Positions 1-7,820 of a DNA stretch of 24,000 nucleotides are shown here, one piece after another. Source of the stretch: Bacillota bacterium (GTDB taxonomy: Bacteria > Bacillota > Clostridia > Christensenellales > Aristaeellaceae); the NCBI GenBank assembly GCA_023398575.1, contig JAEWSC010000045.1:37436-61435 (forward strand). The letters are read 5' to 3'. How positions within the stretch are numbered: position 1 is the first letter of the stretch; every line of letters begins with the position of its first letter. A program made the position numbers and the translations under genes. The notes below the pieces were generated by a model. The model ran no database searches. It had not been told where the DNA came from and was given only the letters and a program-made list of their open reading frames with translations.

Positions 1-312
1 CCGCTGCGGATCATACACCCGTGTAAGTACAACCGGCACATGGAAAATCTCCTTGGCTACCTGAGAAACCATAATATTCATATTGTCATCCGCGGTCACG
101 GCAGCCAGGGCATCTGCCTGCTCCACCCCTGCGCTACGCAGCACATCCTCATCAATGGGCATGCCGGTGATGGTGACGCCGTTAAAGCCCGAGCCCAGCG
201 CGTCAAAATGGCTGGGATCACTGTCAATGACCACTACGTCATGGTTCTCCTGCGATAATTCCAACGCCAGACTGGCACCTACTTTTCGGCAGCCGGCAAT
301 AATGACATACAT
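1..312 (-). CDS. trkA: TrkA/KtrA-type K+ transport NAD-binding (RCK-N) protein. Only the N-terminal 104 codons are present; the 3' end lies beyond the window start.
   Basis: Absent from the ORF track because there is no stop in the window. Manual minus-strand translation from the ATG (complement of 310-312) gives MYVIIAGCRKVGASLALELSQENHDVVVIDSDPSHFDALGSGFNGVTITGMPIDEDVLRSAGVEQADALAAVTADDNMNIMVSQVAKEIFHVPVVLTRVYDPQR. This has the Rossmann-like layout typical of TrkA-N domains. A GAGGG SD lies about 7 nt upstream. Confidence 0.75.
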   Translation of the reverse strand, partial: MYVIIAGCRKVGASLALELSQENHDVVVIDSDPSHFDALGSGFNGVTITGMPIDEDVLRSAGVEQADALAAVTADDNMNIMVSQVAKEIFHVPVVLTRVYDPQR

Positions 313-352
313 AACTCTTCCCTCAATTCTATGATTGAAAACCTGGTACAGG

Positions 353-694
353 TCAGCGTTCTTCTTGTCCTTTAGCATCCTCTATCAAGCCAAAGTCGGC
401 AGGGGCAGCAGATGAACTCCACCCATACAGGGTTAACCTTTCCAGGTTGCGGCAGCTGGGCTTGTAGGTAGGGTCCAAGGCGTAAGCAGCTCGGTAATGC
501 TGCCGCGCCGATACGTCGTCGCCCATCAGCTCATACCATATTCCCAGCAGGTTATGGGGTTCGGGGGCATCCATATTCATGGCCATGCAACTGGCGATAA
601 CGGAACGGGACACGGTATAGTCCCTTATTTTCAAGGCATTCACAGCCTTATTTACCGCCGCTCTAAAATCGGCAGAACCGCAATTCTTGCGCAT
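353..694 (-). CDS. Small hypothetical protein with a TPR-like repeat, probably co-transcribed with trkA.
   Basis: 113-aa ORF. The segment LLGIWYELMGDDVSARQHYRAAYALDPTYKPSCRNLERL resembles a tetratricopeptide repeat. GGAAAGGA lies upstream of the ATG. There is a 40-nt gap to the trkA start on the same strand. Confidence 0.55.
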   Translation of the reverse strand: MRKNCGSADFRAAVNKAVNALKIRDYTVSRSVIASCMAMNMDAPEPHNLLGIWYELMGDDVSARQHYRAAYALDPTYKPSCRNLERLTLYGWSSSAAPADFGLIEDAKGQEER

Positions 695-792
695 TGATCA
701 TTCGTCCTTTCCTTGGAATAATTGCATTATAGAATATACGGAATAAGGTTGCTGTGAATATGTTGCACAGCTTGTGAGGATTTTGTGAAGAT

Positions 793-817
793 ACAAAAAG
801 AGCCGCCAAACGGCGGC
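793..817 (-). terminator. Candidate rho-independent terminator on the minus strand.
   Basis: Minus strand reads GCCGCC-GUUU-GGCGGC followed by UCUUUUUGU. On the plus strand the stem is 802-807/812-817 and the A-run is 795-799. Confidence 0.5.
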
Positions 818-821
818 CCTG

Positions 822-979
822 CCTAGAAAACGAAGCATCGTTTTCTAGGCATCTCACTTTTCACCTGCGGCCTGCGTCCGCGGCCGGTGAAAAGTGTAAG
901 GAAAGCTTGCTCCGCAAGCGCCCCGCGCGCCCGGCACAGCCGGGTGGCACGATTACAATGGAAGGGGTAGAACCCCTTC
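822..979. other. Tandem cluster of five further perfect stem-loops in the spacer. Function and strand are unknown.
   Basis: The stems are:
- CCTAGAAAACGA/TCGTTTTCTAGG (822-833/838-849, 12 bp, AGCA loop)
- CACTTTTCACC/GGTGAAAAGTG (855-865/886-896, 11 bp, with GC-rich inner pairing)
- GCTTGC/GCAAGC (905-910/914-919)
- CCCGGC/GCCGGG (930-935/939-944)
- GAAGGGG/CCCCTTC (961-967/973-979). Confidence 0.5.
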
Positions 980-1069
980 ACCCCCAAAGTTGGCTAACTT
1001 GTATCGATAGACTTGCAGCAGGGAAAAAATCCGAAAAAGAAGCAATACTACTTTTTCAACAAATCAGGC

Positions 1070-1765
1070 TCAATGTTCCTCTACCATACGGTAGCCAATG
1101 CCGACCTCTGTAAGAATGTACTTTGGCTGCGCTGGATTGATTTCAATCTTGCGGCGAAGGTTTCCCATGCACACCCGCAGAGATTGGGTATCATCGGTGG
1201 TAGCCCCGCCCCAAATCTCCTGAATGAGGAACCTATGCGTCAGCACCTTGCCATGGTGACTGGACAAAAGCGTCAGCAAATGGTACTCCGTGGGCGTCAA
1301 GTGAATCTCATTTTCATTCAATGTGACGCGGCGCTTTTCATAATCAATATGCAACTGCCCAATCTGCCAGGCAGCACTTTCTCCGCCCGGGTTCAATTCC
1401 TGCGCCTTGCGCCGCAGCGATACCCTGATTCTGGCCAAAAGCTCGGCAATGCCAAAGGGCTTGGTCAGATAATCGTCCGCGCCCCTGTCCAAGGCTTCCA
1501 CCTTTTCTCGCTCGTGGCCCCGGGCGGATACGATGATGATGGGCACAGAAGACCATGCCCGGATTTTTTGAATCACATCAAGGCCATCCATATCCGGCAG
1601 CCCCAAATCCAGCACCACAACGTCCGGGCGGTGGGAGGCGGCAAGGGAGAGGGCCGTCATGCCATCCTGCGCCTGCACACAATCATACTTTTGTGTCTCC
1701 AATGCCACTTTGATAAAATGGCGGATAGGCTTTTCGTCGTCGACAATCAAAATCAATGGATTCAT
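1070..1765 (-). CDS. kdpE: OmpR-family response regulator, KdpE-like.
   Basis: 231 aa. The receiver domain has DDE and VVVLDLGLPDMDG. IRAWSSVPIIIVSARGHEREKVEALDRGADDYLTKPFGIAELLARIRVSLRR is a typical KdpE pattern. The C-terminal winged helix has LTPTEYHLLTLL and GIGYR. The start lies 3 nt after the kinase stop. Confidence 0.85.
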   Translation of the reverse strand: MNPLILIVDDEKPIRHFIKVALETQKYDCVQAQDGMTALSLAASHRPDVVVLDLGLPDMDGLDVIQKIRAWSSVPIIIVSARGHEREKVEALDRGADDYLTKPFGIAELLARIRVSLRRKAQELNPGGESAAWQIGQLHIDYEKRRVTLNENEIHLTPTEYHLLTLLSSHHGKVLTHRFLIQEIWGGATTDDTQSLRVCMGNLRRKIEINPAQPKYILTEVGIGYRMVEEH

Positions 1766-1768
1766 AAA

Positions 1769-3340
1769 CTATACCTCCACAGGCAGTGTAAAACGGAATA
1801 ACGCCCCGCCCTCCGGCCGGTTTAGGGCCAACATGGTGCCGCCATGTGCCGTAACAATGGACTTGCAGATGGAAAGGCCAATGCCGATCCCTTTTCTTTC
1901 CCCTGCGGTGGGCTGCCGTGTGAAATACCGGTCAAAGATAAAGGGCAGATCGTTTTGCGGGATTCCCTGCCCGCTGTCACTGACCTCAAACACCGCCTGG
2001 TCCTTTTCCTTATAAACATACACACGAATCAGTGTCCCCTGTTGGGTGTGCTTGATCGCATTATCCAAAAGGTTCACCAGCACTTGTTCAATTAACGTTC
2101 CATCCATGGGAATCATAAAAAGCTCTTCAGGAATATCAATGGCAATCTCATGGCCGGCCGCGCGTTTGCCCACACGGGATACAGCTTCGGCCACAATTTC
2201 CTCCACTGCTTCCCTGTCCTTCTTGAGCTTGAGCTTGCCGCTTTCGAGCCTGGTGAGGCTGAGTATATTCTCCACCAATGAGCTCAGCCACTCCGCCTCG
2301 GCATATACATCGCCTAAAAAATCCTTGCGAACGCCATCGTCCAAAGCCTCATAGTTTTCAAGCATCGTGCTTACCGAACCCATAATGCTGGTCAGCGGCG
2401 TGCGCAGATCATGGGAAACAGAGCGCAAAAGATCGCCGCGCAGCCGCTCCCGTTCCACTTCCATCTTGGTATGCTGCTGCTTTTCATACAGCCTCTCCCG
2501 CTCCAGGGCCAAGGCAATTTGGGCGCTGATGGTATCCAGAAATATTTTTTGGCTGTCGGAAAGCTTGTAGCCATTGGGGAAGGCAATGCCGATAACGCCC
2601 AGGGTGCCGCTGGAGCCGATGACCGGCAGATAATATCCGCTGCAGGCCCGGAACAGCTCCTTCCCCGCCCCGCTGGCCATACCCGATTGAAATGTTTCCA
2701 GGGTGGCGGCCTTTTCAACCTCTGACTGAAATATGTCTGTGCCAATCACGTGGCGCATGGTGAGTTGTCCATCCATATCGGATGCGCAAATCATGACAGA
2801 CGCTAAAAAGAGACTGTTGATATCCTTGGCAGCCACCATCAACAGCTGCGGCTTGCTGTTGACCGCCAGCAGATTTTTTTCCAGCTGGTAGAGAATTTGT
2901 ATGCGCTTTTCCCGGGTCTCGGCCCGCTGCGACTCCCGTTTGATCCTGGCCGTCAAGGTACTGGCAATCAAGGCAACCGCAAGCATAATGATAAAGGTAA
3001 CGGGGTAATCAGGACTATAAGCCATTAATGTATAATAAGGCTCCGTAAAAAAGTAGTTAAAGGTCAGCATAGCCAAAAGCGAAGCAATCACACCGTACAA
3101 ATAGCCTTGGGTGAGATAGGCAACTAATACAACGCCCAGGTTATATGTCATGATGTAGTTCGCTTCATGATATCCCAGCTTGCGAAACAGTATGGATATG
3201 AGCGTGGCCAATGCAATTACCGCAATGACCAGACCCAGCATTTTCACTGTATGAAAGACAGCTGTGGAACCCTTCACGTGCCCATCATGCTTGAAATCAA
3301 GATCATCTGCCATATACCTCTGAAATCGCATTTTCTGCAT
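1769..3340 (-). CDS. kdpD: Sensor histidine kinase with KdpD C-terminal architecture (DUF4118-type TM block, GAF-like domain, HisKA, HATPase). It lacks the N-terminal KdpD/Usp sensor domains.
   Basis: The ORF spans 1769-3379. I prefer the internal ATG at 3340 (MQKMRF...) because GGGGGGA lies 7 nt upstream. The TM block YNLGVVLVAYL...LAMLTFNYFFTEPYYTL is DUF4118-like. The H-box is SHDLRTPLTSI, the N-box LVNLLDNAIKHT, G1 DSGQGI and G2 GIGIGLSICKSIV. Confidence 0.8.
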   Translation of the reverse strand: MQKMRFQRYMADDLDFKHDGHVKGSTAVFHTVKMLGLVIAVIALATLISILFRKLGYHEANYIMTYNLGVVLVAYLTQGYLYGVIASLLAMLTFNYFFTEPYYTLMAYSPDYPVTFIIMLAVALIASTLTARIKRESQRAETREKRIQILYQLEKNLLAVNSKPQLLMVAAKDINSLFLASVMICASDMDGQLTMRHVIGTDIFQSEVEKAATLETFQSGMASGAGKELFRACSGYYLPVIGSSGTLGVIGIAFPNGYKLSDSQKIFLDTISAQIALALERERLYEKQQHTKMEVERERLRGDLLRSVSHDLRTPLTSIMGSVSTMLENYEALDDGVRKDFLGDVYAEAEWLSSLVENILSLTRLESGKLKLKKDREAVEEIVAEAVSRVGKRAAGHEIAIDIPEELFMIPMDGTLIEQVLVNLLDNAIKHTQQGTLIRVYVYKEKDQAVFEVSDSGQGIPQNDLPFIFDRYFTRQPTAGERKGIGIGLSICKSIVTAHGGTMLALNRPEGGALFRFTLPVEV

Positions 3341-3566
3341 GTAATCATCCCCCCAAGGCATTGGGCGATATGGCACCAACTTGTCACCTTGGTCGCATCA
3401 TAGCAATCTATAAAAAAAGTGTCAAGCATGATTCTGGGCTTATTTGCTTTATGTTTATCTGCATACAGAAATCTCGCTTGCATTGCCCAAAGAATAGGTC
3501 GATATAGCAGCAAGCTGCGCTTTTCTGCAACTCACATGGCGAAAACGCAGCTTACCCGCAAACCCA

Positions 3567-3595
3567 TTGAGCTGCTCTTATATGTGTTTTATACT
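3567..3595 (+). promoter_or_regulatory. Candidate sigma-70-type promoter for the hydrolase gene.
   Basis: TTGAGC (3567-3572), 17-nt spacer, TATACT (3590-3595). It lies about 33 nt upstream of the ATG at 3628. The SD GAAAGGGAG is at 3611-3619. Confidence 0.45.
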
Positions 3596-3627
3596 GCTCC
3601 CATGACAGATGAAAGGGAGTATCACTT

Positions 3628-4932
3628 ATGCTTGGAATCATTACACTACTGATCGCACTGACAACGCTGGCCGCCTTCCTGGTGATCCGCCTGGTTACAA
3701 AGAGCTGGCAGAAAAAGCCCATGCATATCGTTAGGATAGGTGCCTTTGCAGCGTTTTCCCTGCTGCTGATAGCAGGGGTTTATTGGTGGGGGTTCCGCTG
3801 GATGGGCTTGTTTCTTACACTTGCTGTATTGGCCATCTTCAGCGGCCTGTATTTTATCAGACAGCCAAAGGCAGAAAAGCCCTTCAAAGCGTTTGCGGCC
3901 GTTCGCTCCTTCATCAGCGGCTGCGTGCTTGTGACATTTTGTATACTGCCTGGCATGGTGTTTCCGCAGTTTCGTGAAGCAGCCCCCACCGGCACCTATG
4001 CCGTGGCGACACAAAGCGTAACGTATGAGGATGCATCCCGGGTTGACCCTTATTCTGAAGATGGCGAAAACAGAAAGCTGACCGTGCAGTTTTATTATCC
4101 CTCCAATGCGGAAAATGCCGCTGCACTCCCGCTGGTGGTATTTTCCCACGGGGCCTTCGGCTACCGCGGCAGCAACCTATCCACCTACAAAGACCTTGCC
4201 AGCAACGGGTATGTTGTTGCAAGCATCGATCACAGCTATCATTCCTTTTTCGCCCAGCATACGGACGGCAGCCGAACGCTGGTTAAGATGGACTTCTTAA
4301 ATGACGCGGTCAATATCACCAACGGCGAGTATGACGGACAAACGGCCTACGACAAAACCCATGCATGGCTGGCACTGCGTGCCGCTGATATGAATTTTGT
4401 GCTGGATGAGGTACTTGGCAACAAGAGCGGAAAGCTGCCCGCCACCTTATTCTCCCTCATCGATTCTGATAAGATCGGCTTGTTCGGCCATTCCCTGGGC
4501 GGGGCCACAGCGGCACAGTTGGGCAGAATGCGGGGGGATGTGGATGCCGTAGCCGTCATCGACGGCACCATGTTCAGTGAGGAGACAGCCTTTGAAAACG
4601 GGCACGCCGTGCTGACCGAAACACCTTACCCGGTTCCTCTGTTGAACCTGTACAATGAAGAACATTATACAGACGCCCAAAAGGAGGGGTTGGCCTATAG
4701 CAATCTATCCGCCAGCGCCCATGCCGCACAGGCATATGATGTAGTGATTCGCGGTTCCGGACATTTGAACTTCACCGACCTGCCGCTCTTTTCCCCTACG
4801 CTGGCGGGCATGCTGGGCGTAGGCACGGTGGACAGCCGGTACTGCATTGAGACAATGAATGAACTCGTGCTCGCGTTTTTCAATCACACGCTCAAAGGTG
4901 CCGGAGAATTGAACCTGAAAACAGAATATTAA
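3628..4932 (+). CDS. Membrane-anchored alpha/beta hydrolase, PAF-acetylhydrolase/lipase-like.
   Basis: 434 aa with three N-terminal hydrophobic helices. PLVVFSHGAFGYRGS is an oxyanion-type segment. The nucleophile elbow is GHSLGG. The distal sequence is GSGHLNFTD. The overall layout resembles PAF acetylhydrolase (isoform II-like) esterases. Confidence 0.75.
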   Translation: MLGIITLLIALTTLAAFLVIRLVTKSWQKKPMHIVRIGAFAAFSLLLIAGVYWWGFRWMGLFLTLAVLAIFSGLYFIRQPKAEKPFKAFAAVRSFISGCVLVTFCILPGMVFPQFREAAPTGTYAVATQSVTYEDASRVDPYSEDGENRKLTVQFYYPSNAENAAALPLVVFSHGAFGYRGSNLSTYKDLASNGYVVASIDHSYHSFFAQHTDGSRTLVKMDFLNDAVNITNGEYDGQTAYDKTHAWLALRAADMNFVLDEVLGNKSGKLPATLFSLIDSDKIGLFGHSLGGATAAQLGRMRGDVDAVAVIDGTMFSEETAFENGHAVLTETPYPVPLLNLYNEEHYTDAQKEGLAYSNLSASAHAAQAYDVVIRGSGHLNFTDLPLFSPTLAGMLGVGTVDSRYCIETMNELVLAFFNHTLKGAGELNLKTEY

Positions 4933-4951
4933 TACACGTAGCATCAGACGT

Positions 4952-5000
4952 ATCGGGTACATGGGATGGGCTTTTTAACAAACGCCATCCCATACCCGAT
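4952..5000 (+). terminator. Long stem-loop after the hydrolase gene; a possible terminator with a weak U-tract.
   Basis: ATCGGGTA(CA)TGGGATGG ... CCATCCCA-TACCCGAT forms two 8-bp helices separated by a 2-nt bulge. It is followed only by TTTCCC. Confidence 0.4.
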
Positions 5001-5172
5001 TTCCCATTCACAAAATATTATACATGCATATAAATTGGCTGGCAGCCGTGCCCTGTATACGCTATAATAAGGCGGCGGATGGATGATCCATACGCATATT
5101 CGCCGCCTTTGTGCCGCTCTATCCGTCCTATGGTGGATGGGCGTACATTGGCCGTGTATAGAGGGTGTCAAA

Positions 5173-5625
5173 TTGAAAATTGCGGTCAAAAAAATCGGCA
5201 AAGACGCCGATGAACAGGTAATTATCTGCTGTTATGAAGTGAACGATGATGTGAAAAGCATTGTCCGCTTTGTGAAATACACCGGTGCAACGCTGGCCGG
5301 GTATGAGGAAGAACGGGCCAGCCAGATCGCCTTGCAGGATATACTGTATGTGGAAGCGGTGGACAACAAGGTGTTTGCCTATACCGCAAAAAAGACGTAT
5401 GAGCTTAAATGCAAATTGTACGAGTTTGAAGCGGCGCACAAGGATAGAAAGTTTCTGCGCTGCTCAAAATCCTTTGTGCTCAATTTAATGAAGATCGATC
5501 ACGTTCGGCCTATCTTGAATGGCCGTTTCCTGGCGAGAATGTTTGGCGGCGAGGAAGTAATTATCTCCCGGCAGTATGTGCCGGAACTGAAAAAAAGATT
5601 GCTGGGTGAAGAAACATGCGATTAA
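5173..5625 (+). CDS. LytTR-family DNA-binding protein with no receiver domain.
   Basis: The ORF track starts at 5083. GAGGG (5161-5165) sits 7 nt before an in-frame TTG at 5173 (LKIAVKK...). The C-terminal part DILYVEAVDNKVFAYTAKKTYELKCKLYEFEA...FLRCSKSFVLNLMKIDHV...ISRQYV is a typical LytTR domain. Confidence 0.72.
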   Translation: MKIAVKKIGKDADEQVIICCYEVNDDVKSIVRFVKYTGATLAGYEEERASQIALQDILYVEAVDNKVFAYTAKKTYELKCKLYEFEAAHKDRKFLRCSKSFVLNLMKIDHVRPILNGRFLARMFGGEEVIISRQYVPELKKRLLGEETCD

Positions 5626-6044
5626 AGGACTTTTTGAAAAAATGCCTGATGGAGTATTTTATCATCACCACCTGCGTAACAGCAGCCATGGCGATATTGG
5701 GTCTGAGCCTTGACCCGGCGGCGCGCTTTGGCTATGAGGGCTATTTTTCGCCGCTGCTCTTTGGCCTGATCAGCCTTTTGCCCTCCCTTGTCACCTACTC
5801 GCGCAAGGAACTGTCCTTGCGCCAGGCAATTATCCGCAAGTTGATGCATTTTGCGCTGCTGGAGATGATGCTGATCGTATTTGGCCATGGGGCGGGACTA
5901 TTGCACGGCGCAGGCGATACAGCGTCTTTTGCCCTGACGGTGCTGCTGGTGTATCTTGCGGTGAATGTGGCAAGCTGGCATCTTGACAACAAGGAAGCCG
6001 CCAAGATCAATCAAACACTGAAAACGCTGCAAGGCAGAAAATAG
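5616..6044 (+). CDS. Small 4-TM membrane protein (DUF3021-like), translationally coupled to the LytTR gene.
   Basis: 142 aa with four hydrophobic segments. The ATG overlaps the LytTR stop by 10 nt. A LytTR regulator paired with a small polytopic membrane protein is a recurrent arrangement. Confidence 0.65.
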   Translation: MRLKDFLKKCLMEYFIITTCVTAAMAILGLSLDPAARFGYEGYFSPLLFGLISLLPSLVTYSRKELSLRQAIIRKLMHFALLEMMLIVFGHGAGLLHGAGDTASFALTVLLVYLAVNVASWHLDNKEAAKINQTLKTLQGRK

Positions 6045-6049
6045 CACAC

Positions 6050-6367
6050 CTATTCCTTTATTTCCTGAAACAGCTCATACGCTTTCTTTTGCGCTTCTAT
6101 TAGAACATCGCTGCCCAAGGCGGTGATGGCGTAGTACTTGCGAATTTTACCCTCCACATTCTTCTCTTCCTTCTGCAATAAACCGCTGTTCTCCATCTTT
6201 TGCAACAGCGGATACAAGGTCCCCGGGCTCATATCATAGCCGTGCTCCTTTAATTCCTCGATCATCCACGAGCCGTAAAAGGCTTCTTTTTGGGCATGAT
6301 GCAGTATGTGAATTTGAACAAAGCCCAAAAAGAACCTTCTGAAAATTTGGTCTTGCATCCATCTCAT
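6050..6367 (-). CDS. PadR-family transcriptional regulator.
   Basis: 105 aa. The winged-helix pattern is HILHHAQKEAFYGSWMIEELKEHGYDMSPGTLYPLLQKMENSGLL...KYYAITALG. Confidence 0.85.
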   Translation of the reverse strand: MRWMQDQIFRRFFLGFVQIHILHHAQKEAFYGSWMIEELKEHGYDMSPGTLYPLLQKMENSGLLQKEEKNVEGKIRKYYAITALGSDVLIEAQKKAYELFQEIKE

Positions 6368-6385
6368 CCCTTATTGTATACTATT

Positions 6386-6417
6386 GATATCGCAATACGA
6401 TATCGTAATGTGATATT
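6386..6417. promoter_or_regulatory. Candidate PadR operator in the divergent padR/chrA control region.
   Basis: GATATCG (6386-6392), GATATCG (6399-6405) and GATATT (6412-6417) occur with a 13-bp period. The first two also form the inverted repeat ATATCG-CAATA-CGATAT. Confidence 0.45.
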
Positions 6418-6503
6418 ATTATAACACTATCCCTCCCGCTTGGCAAGTGGCTGCCGCTCTGCTTTTTGATAGATGAGCGGAAAGACAGAGAGGAGATGCA
6501 AGA

Positions 6504-7694
6504 ATGGAGAAGCATCAAAAGAAAAAGAAGCTGTGGCGGTCTTTTCTAAAAGACGTTTTCATCTGCTCCCTGGGCGCTTATGGCGGACCGGAGGCACATT
6601 TCGGGGTGTTTACAGAGCAGATGGTGATCAAGAAAAATTACTTGACAGAGGAGGAAATGGTTGAGCTGATTGCCCTGACCGGCATTTTACCTGGCCCCAG
6701 CAGCACGCAAACCATTGTGGCCATCGGCTATAAAACAGGCGGGCCGGTATTGGCGCTGCTGACCATGCTGGTATGGGCTTTGCCGGTGCTTGCGGTAATG
6801 ACGCTGCTCTCCTTTCTCAGCCCCTTTTTGCAAAGCATGAACATTTCGCTGGAAGGGCTGCGCTATATCGGCCCGATGGCTGTGGGGTTTATTGCTGTCG
6901 CCGCCTACCGCATCGGCCGAAAGGTGGTAAAGGATGCACTGACAGTCACCCTGTTTTTGCTAAGCGCCATCACCACCTATTTCATCCACCAGCCATGGAT
7001 CTATCCCCTGGTGCTGATCTTGGGCGGAATAATCAGTATTGCCGCCTCCAGGGAAAAGCAGCTTTGGAACCGCGTCAAAATCCACGCCCCCTGGCCCTAC
7101 TTGATCGCCTTCGTCTGCTTTGCGGCCGGAAGCCTGGTGCTTGCGCAGGTCTGGGATAACAGAATTGTCCGCCTGTTTGAAAGCTTTTACCGCTACGGCT
7201 ATCTGGTGATTGGCGGTGGCCAGGTGGTGGTACCGCTGATGTACGGCGAGCTGGTAGATGTGCATGGGTATATGACAAATCAGGAGTTTTTGATGGGCTT
7301 TGGCCTGGTGCAGGGGCTGCCCGGCCCCATGTTCAGCTTCAGCGCCTACGCCGGCGCAATGGCTGCCCGCAATGGCGGTGTGCTCACACAAACACTGGGC
7401 GGCGTGGTCAGTGGAATAGCCATTTTTCTGCCCGGGTTGCTGCTGATCTATTTTGTGTACCCCATTTGGGAAAATATAAAGGGCATCAAGGGCATCAAAG
7501 TTTCCCTTCGGGGCATTACTGCCGCCGCCGGCGGCCTGATTGCTGCCGCGGCCGTATTGCTGATGCAAAAGAGCGGCTTTGCCCTTGATAATATTGTTGT
7601 CGTGCTGCTGACCACGCTGATGCTGCTGCAAAAAAAGATTCCTGCGCCCATCATCGTGATTGGAGCCATTGCGGCCGGATTTATCTTTGTATAA
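6504..7694 (+). CDS. chrA: Chromate ion transporter, CHR family, in the long two-domain form.
   Basis: 396 aa and highly hydrophobic. The two halves are homologous: GAYGGPEAHFGVF...LPGPSSTQ and VIGGGQVVVPLMYGELV...GLVQGLPGPMFSFSAYAG. AGGAG lies 8 nt upstream of the ATG. Confidence 0.85.
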   Translation: MEKHQKKKKLWRSFLKDVFICSLGAYGGPEAHFGVFTEQMVIKKNYLTEEEMVELIALTGILPGPSSTQTIVAIGYKTGGPVLALLTMLVWALPVLAVMTLLSFLSPFLQSMNISLEGLRYIGPMAVGFIAVAAYRIGRKVVKDALTVTLFLLSAITTYFIHQPWIYPLVLILGGIISIAASREKQLWNRVKIHAPWPYLIAFVCFAAGSLVLAQVWDNRIVRLFESFYRYGYLVIGGGQVVVPLMYGELVDVHGYMTNQEFLMGFGLVQGLPGPMFSFSAYAGAMAARNGGVLTQTLGGVVSGIAIFLPGLLLIYFVYPIWENIKGIKGIKVSLRGITAAAGGLIAAAAVLLMQKSGFALDNIVVVLLTTLMLLQKKIPAPIIVIGAIAAGFIFV

Positions 7695-7744
7695 GCGCCT
7701 GCCATCTTCAAGTGCGGATAAGCGCAGAGAATTTGGATGGACAA

Positions 7745-7773
7745 TTGAAAAAAGCATACCAAAAGATTATGAT
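7745..7773 (+). promoter_or_regulatory. Candidate promoter for the GH31 gene.
   Basis: TTGAAA (7745-7750), 17-nt spacer, TATGAT (7768-7773). Confidence 0.45.
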
Positions 7774-7820
7774 ATGGGTAGCGTTTTTTGTACGAACTGC
7801 TTTGTGTGGGAGGTTATCCG

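Noticed and set aside
930-1010. Possible c-di-AMP (ydaO-type) riboswitch. A hairpin is followed by ACCCCCAAAGUUGGCUAACUUGUAUCG on the plus strand, which is reminiscent of the ACCCGACAGCUAAC 3' element. The location next to K+ transport genes is suggestive.
   Set aside because: I could not find the other conserved elements (GGGGACCCA-like and GGGGUGAAUC-like segments, or the pseudo-twofold layout). There is also no downstream gene on the plus strand, because the neighbouring genes are on the minus strand. The region is kept only as an unexplained structured region. cmscan would settle it.
3419-3652. 77-aa ORF in the kinase/hydrolase spacer.
   Set aside because: It overlaps the predicted promoter, the SD and the start of the hydrolase gene. 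It has no SD of its own and a low-complexity sequence.
5083-5172. Upstream ATG start for the LytTR gene (30 extra codons, MIHTHIRRLCAALSVLWWMGVHWPCIEGVK).
   Set aside because: There is no SD, the extension overlaps a leader hairpin and is Trp/Cys-rich. GAGGG followed by TTG at 5173 gives a protein beginning where LytTR-partner N-terminal domains normally do.
6960-7757. 265-aa ORF antisense to chrA. There are similar antisense ORFs at 1013-1801 (over kdpE), 10855-11490 (over the permease) and 22175-22834 (over the PG-binding gene).
   Set aside because: All lie opposite genes with strong family signatures and have biased composition (Gln/His/Gly/Arg-rich). None has a plausible SD or start context. 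Stop-poor reverse frames are typical at this GC content.
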